From positions 1 through 54,759 of the forward strand of contig JACNLH010000058.1 in assembly GCA_014381585.1 (NCBI GenBank): DNA of 54,759 bases, read 5' to 3'. Made by a program: the position numbers and the translations under genes. Positions 9,214 to 18,888 of this stretch are shown in pieces; position 1 is the first letter of the stretch; every line of letters starts with the position of its first letter. The notes under the pieces are model-generated. The model had not been told where the DNA came from. It ran no database searches and saw only the letters and a list, made by a program, of their open reading frames with translations. This DNA comes from Candidatus Sulfurimonas ponti. Lineage in GTDB: Bacteria > Campylobacterota > Campylobacteria > Campylobacterales > Sulfurimonadaceae.

Positions 9214-10541
9214 TGGATTTAACTCCTAAGCAAATCGTAGCCTATCTTGATGACTATGTGATTTCACAGCACAATGCTAAAAAAACAATAGCTCTAGCGC
9301 TTCGCACAAGATATAGAAGAATGCAACTATCTCAAGAACTCCAAGATGAAATCATGCCAAAGAATATCTTGATGATTGGTTCCACCGGTGTCGGTAAAAC
9401 AGAAATTTCACGTCGTTTAGCAAAGATGATGAAAGTTCCTTTCATTAAAGTGGAAGCTTCAAAATACACTGAAGTGGGTTTTGTCGGTCGTGATGTAGAA
9501 TCTATGATTAGAGATTTAGTTGTAAATTCTATCTCTATTGTCAAAGCTGAACAAGAAGAACAAAACAAAGAAAAAATAGATAATTATGTTTTAAATAAAA
9601 TCGTTGAAAAACTGCTCCCCCCTCTTCCAGAGTCTGTAAGTGAAAGTAAAAAAGATGATTATCAAAGACTGCTTGAAGCAATGGAGAAACGTGTACAAAG
9701 CGGTGAAATGGATGATAAAATCATTGAACTGGAATTTGATAAAATACATGTTGAATTCAACGACACCAATCTTCCTCCGGAAATGGCAAAGGTGCAAGAA
9801 AGTTTTTCTCAAATATTTTCAAGCATCAACAAAGAAGATAAGAAAAAAGAAGTCACAGTGAAAGATGCAAAGTCTATTTTAAAACTTGAAGCATCCCATA
9901 AACTACTTGATATGACAAGCATTAACACACAAGCACTTCAACGTGCTGAAGATGGCGGTATAATTTTTCTTGATGAGATTGACAAGATTGCAGTTAGTGA
10001 AAAGTCACAAGGAAGAAGTGATCCAAGTAAAGAAGGTGTTCAAAGAGATTTACTTCCTATTGTTGAAGGAAGCAGTGTGACAACTAAGTATGGAGTCATT
10101 AACACCGACCATATTTTATTTATAGCCGCCGGTGCATTTCATGTAAGTAAACCAAGTGATTTAATCCCAGAACTTCAGGGTAGATTTCCTCTTCGTGTTG
10201 AATTAGAATCATTAACCGAAGAAACTTTATATAAAATTCTTACACAAACACAAAATTCTTTATTAAAACAATATCAAGCACTCCTTGGCGTTGAAGGTAT
10301 GACTTTAATATTTGAAGATGAAGCTATCAAAACTGTAGCTAAGCTTGCACACCGGGCAAATGAGTTGACTGAAGATATTGGAGCGAGAAGACTTCATACA
10401 GTATTAGAAAAAATACTTGAAGATATAAGCTTTGATGCAGATGAGCACAAGGGTGAAGAGCACAGAATAACTTCAGAGTTTGTACATGAAAAACTCGATG
10501 AAGTGGTGGAAGACGACGATCTATCCAGATATATTCTATAA
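9213..10541 (+). CDS. hslU: ATP-dependent protease ATPase subunit HslU
   Basis: Walker A GSTGVGKTE, FLDEIDKI, GVQRDLLP, ELQGRFP, C-terminal LSRYIL. Confidence 0.97.
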   Translation: MDLTPKQIVAYLDDYVISQHNAKKTIALALRTRYRRMQLSQELQDEIMPKNILMIGSTGVGKTEISRRLAKMMKVPFIKVEASKYTEVGFVGRDVESMIRDLVVNSISIVKAEQEEQNKEKIDNYVLNKIVEKLLPPLPESVSESKKDDYQRLLEAMEKRVQSGEMDDKIIELEFDKIHVEFNDTNLPPEMAKVQESFSQIFSSINKEDKKKEVTVKDAKSILKLEASHKLLDMTSINTQALQRAEDGGIIFLDEIDKIAVSEKSQGRSDPSKEGVQRDLLPIVEGSSVTTKYGVINTDHILFIAAGAFHVSKPSDLIPELQGRFPLRVELESLTEETLYKILTQTQNSLLKQYQALLGVEGMTLIFEDEAIKTVAKLAHRANELTEDIGARRLHTVLEKILEDISFDADEHKGEEHRITSEFVHEKLDEVVEDDDLSRYIL

Positions 10542-10548
10542 TCAAAAC

Positions 10549-10624
10549 GCCAAAGGAAGTAATTCCTTTAGCTACGTTAACACTTGGTTCTCTTCAGCAG
10601 AGAGCTCTCGCCACTAGTGGCTCT
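10549..10624 (-). repeat. REP-like multi-hairpin intergenic element (hslU-era spacer)
   Basis: Minus strand GTAG followed by CTAAAGGAA-TTAC-TTCCTTTGG hairpin; also TCTCT-N5-AGAGA and the palindrome GCCACTAGTGGC; shares motifs with 43828-43896. Confidence 0.45.
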
Positions 10625-10653
10625 TAAATACATTTAAACTGGAGAATTTAAAC

Positions 10654-11538
10654 ATGACAAAAGCAGGTTTCGTATCGCTTATTGGGCGTCCAAACGCTGG
10701 GAAAAGCACTTTAATGAATTCACTTTTAGGTGAAAAAATAGCAATGGTGTCTCAAAAAGCCAATGCGACAAGACGTCGTTCCAATGCTATCGTTATGTAT
10801 GAGGATACACAGATTATCTTTGTAGATACACCTGGAATTCATGAGCGAGAAAAAATACTCAACCAATATATGCTTGATGAAGCTCTTAAAGCGATGGGGG
10901 ACTGTGATTTAATCGTTTATCTTGCTCCCGTTACAGACAGTGTTGAACATTATGAAAAATTTTTAAAACTTAATGCTGCTAAAGTGAAACATATAATTGT
11001 TATTTCTAAAATTGACCAAGTCTCTCAAGATAAACTATTTAAAAGAATAAGTTCATATTCTCCTTATGCTGATCAATTTGAAGCGCTTATCCCAATTGCA
11101 ATTCCAAAAAAACTTGGGCACCAGGAACTACTAAAAGTTATTTCAAACAAGCTTCCTGAGTCACCTTTTCTTTTTGATCCGGAGGATTTAACAAGTGAAC
11201 TTGTTCGTGATATCTATGCCGGTTTCATTCGTGAAGGGATTTTTGAAAATATAAGTGATGAAATCCCTTATGAATCTGATGTTATCATAGATAAAATAGA
11301 AGAAGATAAAAACATAGATAAAATTTATGCCACCATCATTATTGAAAAAGAATCTCAAAAAGGTATTATTATTGGTAAAGGTGGCGAAGCTATTAAAAGG
11401 ATCGGTAGCTATGCCCGAACTAAAATAGAAACTCTCAGTGGGAAAAAAGCCTTTTTAGAACTTCAAGTCACGGTGAAAAAAGGCTGGACTAAAGATAAAA
11501 ACTTTTTAAAAGAGATAGGGTATGAGCATGTCAAATAA
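10654..11538 (+). CDS. era: GTPase Era
   Basis: GRPNAGKST, DTPG, SKID, KH-domain SQKGIIIGKGG. Confidence 0.97.
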   Translation: MTKAGFVSLIGRPNAGKSTLMNSLLGEKIAMVSQKANATRRRSNAIVMYEDTQIIFVDTPGIHEREKILNQYMLDEALKAMGDCDLIVYLAPVTDSVEHYEKFLKLNAAKVKHIIVISKIDQVSQDKLFKRISSYSPYADQFEALIPIAIPKKLGHQELLKVISNKLPESPFLFDPEDLTSELVRDIYAGFIREGIFENISDEIPYESDVIIDKIEEDKNIDKIYATIIIEKESQKGIIIGKGGEAIKRIGSYARTKIETLSGKKAFLELQVTVKKGWTKDKNFLKEIGYEHVK

Positions 11539-12508
11539 ATCAATCTTCTATAAAGCAGTGTTGTTTTCACTTCTTAATTTCAGTCTTTATGCAAGTTCTG
11601 TCTTAACTGACTACAGACAGCATGGTCTTGAAGGAATAGAAAAAAAGATGGATATTGAGCTTACTCAAATTAGTTATTGGAATGAGTTCTTGAAAAACAT
11701 CGACACTTCTTTTGGATATATAGAATCCTATAAATCAATTTTAACTTGTGATAAAGAAAAGTCAACATTAAGTTTATTTCAACATAATAAAGAAAAAAAA
11801 TTCACTTTACAAGAAAAGTACAATGCTTTCACAGGGAAAGTCAAAGGCGATAAAACAAAAGAAGGTGATTTAAAAACGCCTATTGGTTTATACGATATTC
11901 AAAAAAAAATATCCAAGCTTGATTCTTTTTACGGTCCATTGGCTTTTGTTACAAGTTATCCAAACATTTATGACAAATTTCTTGGGAAAAATGGTTCTGG
12001 AATATGGATACACGGACTTCCAACTGAACAAGAAAGAGATGACTTCACCAAAGGGTGTATTGCTATCAATAATGATAATATTGTATGTTTAGATAAAGAA
12101 TTAGACATAGATTCCACCATACTTATTATAAATCCTGATCAAAAAAATAAAGATGTTTCTAAAAAAGTTTTGGCAAAAATCTTAGCAAATCTTTATGAGT
12201 GGAGATATAGCTGGATTTATAACGATACAGAAAAATATTTATCCTTTTATTCACCAGATTTTATTCGAAATGACGGGATGAAATATTCTAGATTCATCCA
12301 ATATAAAACAAGAATTTTCAATAAAAAAGAAAAAAAGAAAATTATTTTTAATAATATAAATGTAATACCTTATCCAAAATATGAAGATATATTTCAAGTG
12401 ACTTTTAAAGAATTTTATAGCTCAAGCAGTTTTCAATTTGAAGGTGATAAAATTTTAATGGTTAAAATTGACAAAGATAATAACTTTAAAATTTTAACAG
12501 AAAAATAA
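11522..12508 (+). CDS. csd6: L,D-carboxypeptidase of the YkuD family (Csd6/Pgp2 homologue)
   Basis: Signal peptide; EGDLKTPIG, GIWIHG...TKGCIA catalytic His/Cys motif; C-terminal NTF2-like domain; follows era as H. pylori csd6 does. Confidence 0.85.
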   Translation: MSMSNKSIFYKAVLFSLLNFSLYASSVLTDYRQHGLEGIEKKMDIELTQISYWNEFLKNIDTSFGYIESYKSILTCDKEKSTLSLFQHNKEKKFTLQEKYNAFTGKVKGDKTKEGDLKTPIGLYDIQKKISKLDSFYGPLAFVTSYPNIYDKFLGKNGSGIWIHGLPTEQERDDFTKGCIAINNDNIVCLDKELDIDSTILIINPDQKNKDVSKKVLAKILANLYEWRYSWIYNDTEKYLSFYSPDFIRNDGMKYSRFIQYKTRIFNKKEKKKIIFNNINVIPYPKYEDIFQVTFKEFYSSSSFQFEGDKILMVKIDKDNNFKILTEK

Positions 12509-12510
12509 TT

Positions 12511-13818
12511 ATGAACTTAATGAAAGCTGTCTTAGTGAAAATCATCCACTTAGCATTTTTTCTAAGTGTTTCATTACATGCAGAACTTCAAATCATTAAA
12601 AAACAAAATACTGATTCCAACACAACTTTACTGGTGATTGCAGGGATACATGGAAATGAGCCCGGTAGTTATTTTGCCGGCTCCATCCTAGCCACACATT
12701 ACACGATTAAATCAAAAAATCTTTGGATAGTTCCAAATTTAAACAAAGACAGTATTCGTGATAATGAGCGCGGTATAAATGGAGATATGAATCGGAAGTT
12801 TTCTATTATTAAAAAAAATGATAAAGATAAAGACACCGTTGAAGATATAAAAAAATTAATCCTTTCAAAAAATGTATCCTTAGTCTTAAATCTCCATGAT
12901 GGACATGGTTTTTATAGAGAAGATTTTCAAGGAAATATATTCAACCCTAATGCCTGGGGCCAAACTTGTGTAATCGATCAATGCAAGTTAAAAGAAGATC
13001 AACCTTTCGGTAACCTGAATGAGATAGCCTCTCTAGTTAAAATCAATGTTAACAAGCGACTTTTACAAGAGCATCATGCTTTTAATGTTAGAAATACAAA
13101 AACGAAATATGAAGATGAACAAATGCAACTCTCTTTAACATATTTCACAGTTACAAATAATAAACCGGCATTCGCGATAGAGAGTAGTAAAAACCTATCT
13201 TCACTCTCTCAAAAAGTATATTATCAACTCTTAGCTATTGAAGAGTTTATGAAAATCATGGATATTTCTTTTAATAAATCATTTGCATTGACTGAAGAAT
13301 CAATCAAAAAAATCATTCATGAATACGGTATACTGGAGATAAATAAAAATATTTCTTTAAACTTATCCCATATCAAAAAATCTTTAAGCTATATTCCGAT
13401 AAATTCATCTGGTAACGAATTTAACTTTTCACATCCACTCGGTCATATTAAAAATATCAAGGGGACGAGAGTTGTTTATATAGGAAATAAAAGAATTACT
13501 GCTTTAAAACCTCAGTATTTCAATATTTCTAATGAATGCCCAAAGAATATAGAAATCAATATTGATGGAAAAAGAAACATTGTTGATTCTGCTAAAGAAT
13601 TTTATGTAAATGACGATTTCAATATTATAAGAAAAGACAATCTTCGTGTGAATGTTATTGGATTTACAGCTAAGGGTGTTTCTAATGAAAGTGGAATCAC
13701 TATTCATAGGGATTCTATAAATCAAAAATTTTCACTCGACATACATCAAAAAATGTATCGTGTTGAATTTTATAAAGACAATAAATTTTGTTCCATGTCA
13801 GTGGTTCATTTTAAATAG
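12511..13818 (+). CDS. csd4: M14/M99 peptidoglycan D,L-carboxypeptidase (Csd4/Pgp1 homologue)
   Basis: GIHGNEPG, GDMNRKF, LNLHDG, WGQTCVIDQ, AFAIESSK motifs; about 435 aa three-domain size. Confidence 0.85.
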   Translation: MNLMKAVLVKIIHLAFFLSVSLHAELQIIKKQNTDSNTTLLVIAGIHGNEPGSYFAGSILATHYTIKSKNLWIVPNLNKDSIRDNERGINGDMNRKFSIIKKNDKDKDTVEDIKKLILSKNVSLVLNLHDGHGFYREDFQGNIFNPNAWGQTCVIDQCKLKEDQPFGNLNEIASLVKINVNKRLLQEHHAFNVRNTKTKYEDEQMQLSLTYFTVTNNKPAFAIESSKNLSSLSQKVYYQLLAIEEFMKIMDISFNKSFALTEESIKKIIHEYGILEINKNISLNLSHIKKSLSYIPINSSGNEFNFSHPLGHIKNIKGTRVVYIGNKRITALKPQYFNISNECPKNIEINIDGKRNIVDSAKEFYVNDDFNIIRKDNLRVNVIGFTAKGVSNESGITIHRDSINQKFSLDIHQKMYRVEFYKDNKFCSMSVVHFK

Positions 13819-13829
13819 GATTATATTTA

Positions 13830-15365
13830 ATGAGTTCAGAACAACAAAGCTCTTTTTCTAGTTTTATATCGATAAATCCTTACACTAACGAATATGTTAG
13901 CGGTGTTTCAAGTTTTTTATCCAAAACAACAACACCGGAATATTCTAAAGAACAGTTTGCATGTTCGTACCTTAATACAAAAGCTTATATCAGTAACCAA
14001 ATACTTATTAGTAAGAATATTCCCAGTGAAGATATTTTAGATGCTATAAATATTAAAATCTATGATGAGTTGGGACTTGATCAAGCTGTAGAATACCAGG
14101 TGCAGTATATAGAAACATTCAATAATCTAGATGAAGACAATAAACAGTTTCAAGTTTTTGTAGTTGATCCGCTAGAAATTGAGGAGATATTTGAAGAGTC
14201 TGTTCAAACAATTAAATATATTGACACAATTACACCCTTTCCTCTTTTAATCAAATCACTTTATTCAAAAAAAATTATAGAAGACAATGGTGTTCACTGT
14301 TTTATTTACTTTGAAGAACATGATGCTTCAATCACCATTTATAATGAAACAGAATTTATATATACAAAATCATTAAAATACTCCTTAGTGGAAATGCATG
14401 GAAGGTTCTGTGAATTATATGGTGAAAAAATTGAATATGATGATTTTGTTAAATTTTTATCTACACAAAATCTAAAATACACTCAAAGTGAATTCAAAGA
14501 ATTTATTTTAAAACTCTATAATGAGATATTTTCAAATATCAATGAGATATTAAACTATGCAAAAAAAGCTTTTGATATTGAAAAAATTGAACATGTATAT
14601 ATAGGTTCTGAGATAGACATTGCATCAAAACTATATGAAATTTCAGAAGTTGAATTAAGTACACCTTCAAGTGATTTTGAATTTGATTATGGTTTTGAAT
14701 CAAACGGTGACTATATCAGCCAAGTTCATGCTTTAATGCATATCTCTAATACACTTTCGAGTGAAGAAAAATACTTATGTAACTTTTCTAATTTTCACCG
14801 TCCTCCAAACTTCACACAAAGAGAAAGCGGTAAACTGTTTATGCTTCTTGTGGCATCTTTCTTTGTTGCATTTGCCTATCCTATCACCTATTGGGTGCTT
14901 ATATATATGCAAGAATTACAGTATGAGCTGCTAAAAAATTCCTATCAAGAAGTTCATGCACAAAAAACTACAAGAGAAGCAAATATAAAAAGCAAAGAAG
15001 CTGATAAAACAAAAGCTATAACCTTGTTAAAAGAAGAAAAAGACAGCTATATATCTAAGAAAAACACTCTTATAAAAATCCATGATGTAAAAGTCAATTA
15101 TCCAATGAAAGCAACACTTATCACAAAACTTACGAGTGACCTGAATAAGTATGCAGTTAAAGTCGAAAAAATTCAATACAATCAAGAGATTAAGAAGAAA
15201 AAATTCACTTTAAGTCTTGTTTCATCTAAAGACAAAAAAATCACACAACTTCTAGAATACTTGACAAAAACATATGATAAGAAGTTCAAATTTTCACTTG
15301 ATGATATTATATTCAATGATGATAAAAAACTTTACTTCAGTGAATTAAAGGTTTATATATTATGA
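13830..15365 (+). CDS. PilM/PilN(GspL)-like alignment protein
   Basis: Large cytoplasmic N-terminal region, one TM helix near residue 335-358, coiled coil, then a ferredoxin-like periplasmic end; lies before PilO-like and secretin genes. Confidence 0.6.
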   Translation: MSSEQQSSFSSFISINPYTNEYVSGVSSFLSKTTTPEYSKEQFACSYLNTKAYISNQILISKNIPSEDILDAINIKIYDELGLDQAVEYQVQYIETFNNLDEDNKQFQVFVVDPLEIEEIFEESVQTIKYIDTITPFPLLIKSLYSKKIIEDNGVHCFIYFEEHDASITIYNETEFIYTKSLKYSLVEMHGRFCELYGEKIEYDDFVKFLSTQNLKYTQSEFKEFILKLYNEIFSNINEILNYAKKAFDIEKIEHVYIGSEIDIASKLYEISEVELSTPSSDFEFDYGFESNGDYISQVHALMHISNTLSSEEKYLCNFSNFHRPPNFTQRESGKLFMLLVASFFVAFAYPITYWVLIYMQELQYELLKNSYQEVHAQKTTREANIKSKEADKTKAITLLKEEKDSYISKKNTLIKIHDVKVNYPMKATLITKLTSDLNKYAVKVEKIQYNQEIKKKKFTLSLVSSKDKKITQLLEYLTKTYDKKFKFSLDDIIFNDDKKLYFSELKVYIL

Positions 15366-15994
15366 AAATAAACATAGAAGATTTTTTACAAAATATTGAC
15401 AACTATTTTAAGGACAAAACTAAAAAAGATGTTTATATGACTTATTTTATGATATTTGCAATCATTTTTGCTTTTTCATATTTATTGTTTTGGGACACAT
15501 CAGAGGCTGATTTCAATGCAAAAAGAACTCAAGTTGTCAGTATAGAATCTAAAATCGCAATGGATAATTTATATTTACAGAAAAATCCAATAAGTAAAAT
15601 CGCTCAAATAGAAAATGAAATCAAAAATGCTCAAATAGAGACACTTAAATATAAAGACAATAATCAATATATTAAAAATAAGATAGAGGAGATCTCCTCA
15701 CTCATTTATGATGAACAAACATGGGGTGAATACCTACATTCAATCTCAAAAAATGCCCGGCTTTATAATGTTAAAATATTAAACTTACATAATCAATATG
15801 CTGAGAATAAGACAACGTTTGGACATATACTAGATATAAACCTCAAAGTCACCGGTGACTATAAGAACACTATCAACTTTATTAACTCTTTAGAAAAAAG
15901 TGATCTAGTTGTTGATTTACATGACATTAATATAGAAGCTTTAAACAAGCTTCATAGTGATTTAAATATCTCAGTTTGGGGGATTACATACTAA
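15362..15994 (+). CDS. PilO/MshJ-like pilus alignment protein
   Basis: N-terminal TM helix, coiled coil, C-terminal LKVTGDYKNTINFINSLE PilO/GspM-like motif. Confidence 0.72.
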   Translation: MKINIEDFLQNIDNYFKDKTKKDVYMTYFMIFAIIFAFSYLLFWDTSEADFNAKRTQVVSIESKIAMDNLYLQKNPISKIAQIENEIKNAQIETLKYKDNNQYIKNKIEEISSLIYDEQTWGEYLHSISKNARLYNVKILNLHNQYAENKTTFGHILDINLKVTGDYKNTINFINSLEKSDLVVDLHDINIEALNKLHSDLNISVWGITY

Positions 15995-16458
15995 TGAAAA
16001 ATATACCACTTATTGTTTCTCTTTTTATGTTCACTCATATTCTTGCGAATGAACTAACGTGGGTTGATGAACAAATTCAAGCTATTAAACCTCCAAGAGA
16101 TGGCATCTCAAAATCAAAGATTGATATGGTTAAAGATCCTTTTATCTTTCTAAACAAAGAGCTCAAAGAAAAGACTAGCAAAAAAACTCTAACTGCTAAT
16201 AAAAGTATTATTAGCAAAAAAAGTTTCTCAGAGTCAAAGACTAATCAGATATCTAAACAAAGCACTTCTTTTTCTCTTGATGCTATTATCAATAAATCTG
16301 CTCTTATTAACGGGAATTGGTATAAACTTCACTCAAAAGTCGGTAAATACACTTTAAGTGCTGTCAATGGAACCAGTATAATTCTTTCTTATAAAAATAA
16401 AGACTTATTACTAACAACACGCAGTAAAACTAAAAAACTAAAATTTAAGAATAACTAG
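15994..16458 (+). CDS. Exported PilP/MshK/CtsR-like protein (start ATG 15994)
   Basis: Signal peptide, KDPF motif, C-terminal LDAIINKSALINGNWY...GKYTL beta domain; directly before the secretin; TAATG overlap. Confidence 0.6.
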   Translation: MKNIPLIVSLFMFTHILANELTWVDEQIQAIKPPRDGISKSKIDMVKDPFIFLNKELKEKTSKKTLTANKSIISKKSFSESKTNQISKQSTSFSLDAIINKSALINGNWYKLHSKVGKYTLSAVNGTSIILSYKNKDLLLTTRSKTKKLKFKNN

Positions 16459-16466
16459 GAAGAAAC

Positions 16467-18068
16467 ATGAAAACATTACAGCTATCAATAATCGGGACTT
16501 TATTCACTCTTCTTTTCTCTTCACACTTATATGCAGATTGTTCCTTTGAACTCTTCAGCATCAGTTCAACAAAAAACACCAAAATCATAGACTTTATTGA
16601 ACAGTTAAGCGATGAATGTGAGTTTACGATAATCGTTACGGACCCAAATGCTGAAAAGTTCCTCAATACCACTCTAAATAAAACACATCTGAAAAATTTA
16701 ACCATCGACGAGGTTTTCAATATCATTCTCAATGAGAACAACCTTTCGTATACACTTCAAAACAATGTCTTAAAGATTTCATATCTCACCACAAAGGTGT
16801 TTTCTATTGACTATATCTTATCTACAAGAACAAGCACGACCAAAACAGACATCACACTCAGTTCTTCATCATCAGCCACGCAACAAGGCTCAACAGGAAG
16901 TCTTGCAACAACAGGTGCCACAGGACAACAGGGCAGTGGTGCAACATCTGAATCCGGTGTTAAAATTGAGTCCAATGATGAAGTGAAATTTTGGGAACAA
17001 CTAGATTTGGAATTTCAAAGTGTTATTAATCGACCGCATGATATGTATATTGCTGATGCTCCCATCATAAATAAAAATGCCGGTTTAATCACAGTCACAG
17101 CCACGGTAAAACAAATGGAGAGGTTTACAAAATATTTAAAAAGACTTCAAGACAAAGTGCAGTTGCAAGTTCTCATTGATGTGCAAATTCTTGCAGTCAC
17201 CATGAAAGAAGGAAGAAGCACCGGTGTGGACTGGTCACAACTTTATAAGATACAAAACTTAGTACTCTCCACTGATATTTTAAGGGCCCAAAATGTTTCA
17301 ACTTTTACCGATGATGCAATTACAACTGCTTTATATCCAAGTACTACAACTGGAGCTAATGCAGCCACTACTGCCAGTTTATTTAAAGCTACAGGTACTG
17401 CAACACTCACCGAAGTTATTAAATTTCTAGACACACAAGGTGATGTGAGTGCAATATCGAATCCAAAAGTTTTAACACTCAACAACCAGCCGGCACTTAT
17501 AACAGTTGGAACAGAGTACTTTTACAAACTAGCAGAATCTACGCAACAACAAGGTACAAGCGGTGGAGTGGCTGCTACAACCCAAAATGAAAATGTACAA
17601 TCTGTATTTGCCGGTATACTTTTAGATATAACTCCTGAAATTTCCGAAGATAACACTATCACATTAAAAATAAATCCATCTGTATCAGAAACAACACAGG
17701 ATATGAGTGCCACCAGCTCTGCTGATAGGCTAATGCCGCCTGACTTAGACCGCCGCCAACTTTCATCAGTAGTAACGGTCAAAGACGGAAGTAGAATTAT
17801 ACTAGGTGGTCTCATAAATACAAAAACAACAGACAATTCCAATCAGGTGCCTTTACTAGGGGACATCCCTGTTTTAGGCTATTTATTTAAGTACGAAGAG
17901 ACAGCGAAGAATATTCAGGAGCTTATTATTATTATCGAGCCACATATTATCAGTAAAGAAAGTTCGAAAGTTTCTCTAAAAGATCTTGGCTATAAAGGCT
18001 TAAGTGATTCTATTTTAGAATCTGGTTCGCGTGTGTCTAATAAACTTGACAATATAAATCTAAAGTAG
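16467..18068 (+). CDS. mshL: Secretin, MshL/CtsD type
   Basis: STN-like N domain, Ser/Thr-rich linker, QVLIDVQI, GVDWS, SNPKVLTLNNQPALI, VPLLGDIPVLGYLF. Confidence 0.9.
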   Translation: MKTLQLSIIGTLFTLLFSSHLYADCSFELFSISSTKNTKIIDFIEQLSDECEFTIIVTDPNAEKFLNTTLNKTHLKNLTIDEVFNIILNENNLSYTLQNNVLKISYLTTKVFSIDYILSTRTSTTKTDITLSSSSSATQQGSTGSLATTGATGQQGSGATSESGVKIESNDEVKFWEQLDLEFQSVINRPHDMYIADAPIINKNAGLITVTATVKQMERFTKYLKRLQDKVQLQVLIDVQILAVTMKEGRSTGVDWSQLYKIQNLVLSTDILRAQNVSTFTDDAITTALYPSTTTGANAATTASLFKATGTATLTEVIKFLDTQGDVSAISNPKVLTLNNQPALITVGTEYFYKLAESTQQQGTSGGVAATTQNENVQSVFAGILLDITPEISEDNTITLKINPSVSETTQDMSATSSADRLMPPDLDRRQLSSVVTVKDGSRIILGGLINTKTTDNSNQVPLLGDIPVLGYLFKYEETAKNIQELIIIIEPHIISKESSKVSLKDLGYKGLSDSILESGSRVSNKLDNINLK

Positions 18069-18069
18069 A

Positions 18070-18888
18070 TTGGCCTTTATGAAATCAAGTATCTTTCAAA
18101 ATTCTAAAAATGTTTTTTTAGATACTGTGAATGCAAGAGATTATATTCAACTTGACCGTGTTTCTACAATATATCAATCCCTTAAAGACTCTGTGAATAA
18201 ACCGCTTAAAATGATTCTTTTATACGGAAAACCTGGAACTGGTAAAAGTATGTTTTTGACTAAACTTTACAATGACTTGTCTACAACAAAAACTGTCCAT
18301 CTGTACCAAACACCGATTTTAGATGATGTAGAGTTCTTTAAAAGACTTGCACATGACTTACTTGGTGTAAAATATCAAGGTGAACTTAACTTCACCCAGT
18401 TTATGAAGATTATCGACGAACATTCTATCGACGATATTCCTATTGTATTACTTGATGAAGCTCAACTTTATTCAAACTCTTTAATGGAAAAAATCAGACT
18501 TCTTTCTGACACTAGAAAAGTGAAGTTTGTAATCACTTTACATAAAACAGAAAAAGAAGACCTTATAGCTAAAGAGCATTTTCAAACAAGAATATGGGAG
18601 ACCATCGAGCTAGAAAACGCCTCAGCCGTAGAATTAAAGATATATATACAAAAAAAACTTATGAAAGCAAACTGTTTTGACAGTGCAAATATGTTCCACA
18701 GCAAATCAGTCAATCTCATTTATAAAATCACGAATGGAAACTACAGAGATACAAACAAGCTTCTTTATACGCTTTTTGATATATATACCAACTATATGGA
18801 AAACAATCCATCAAAAATTGACACTAGTAAAGTTTCAAATAAAATCATAGAAATGTCAGCGTTACATACTGGGCTTTTACATGCTTAA
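18070..18888 (+). CDS. ExeA/MshM/CtsP-like AAA ATPase (alternative start 18079)
   Basis: Walker A GKPGTGKS, Walker B LLDEAQ, TNGNYRDTNKL; follows the secretin as ctsP follows ctsD. Confidence 0.8.
   Translation: MAFMKSSIFQNSKNVFLDTVNARDYIQLDRVSTIYQSLKDSVNKPLKMILLYGKPGTGKSMFLTKLYNDLSTTKTVHLYQTPILDDVEFFKRLAHDLLGVKYQGELNFTQFMKIIDEHSIDDIPIVLLDEAQLYSNSLMEKIRLLSDTRKVKFVITLHKTEKEDLIAKEHFQTRIWETIELENASAVELKIYIQKKLMKANCFDSANMFHSKSVNLIYKITNGNYRDTNKLLYTLFDIYTNYMENNPSKIDTSKVSNKIIEMSALHTGLLHA

Noticed and set aside
11901-11909. A9 tract in csd6/pgp2 (and A8 at 12811-12818 in csd4/pgp1) as phase-variation sites
   Set aside because: Both genes are in frame, and A8-A9/T8-T9 runs occur in many genes of this AT-rich window (e.g. 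tolA, the TPR gene). No poly-G/C tracts were seen.
16855-16955. Low-complexity Ser/Thr/Gly/Gln stretch in the secretin
   Set aside because: Typical disordered loop of MshL-type secretins; not a DNA tandem repeat.
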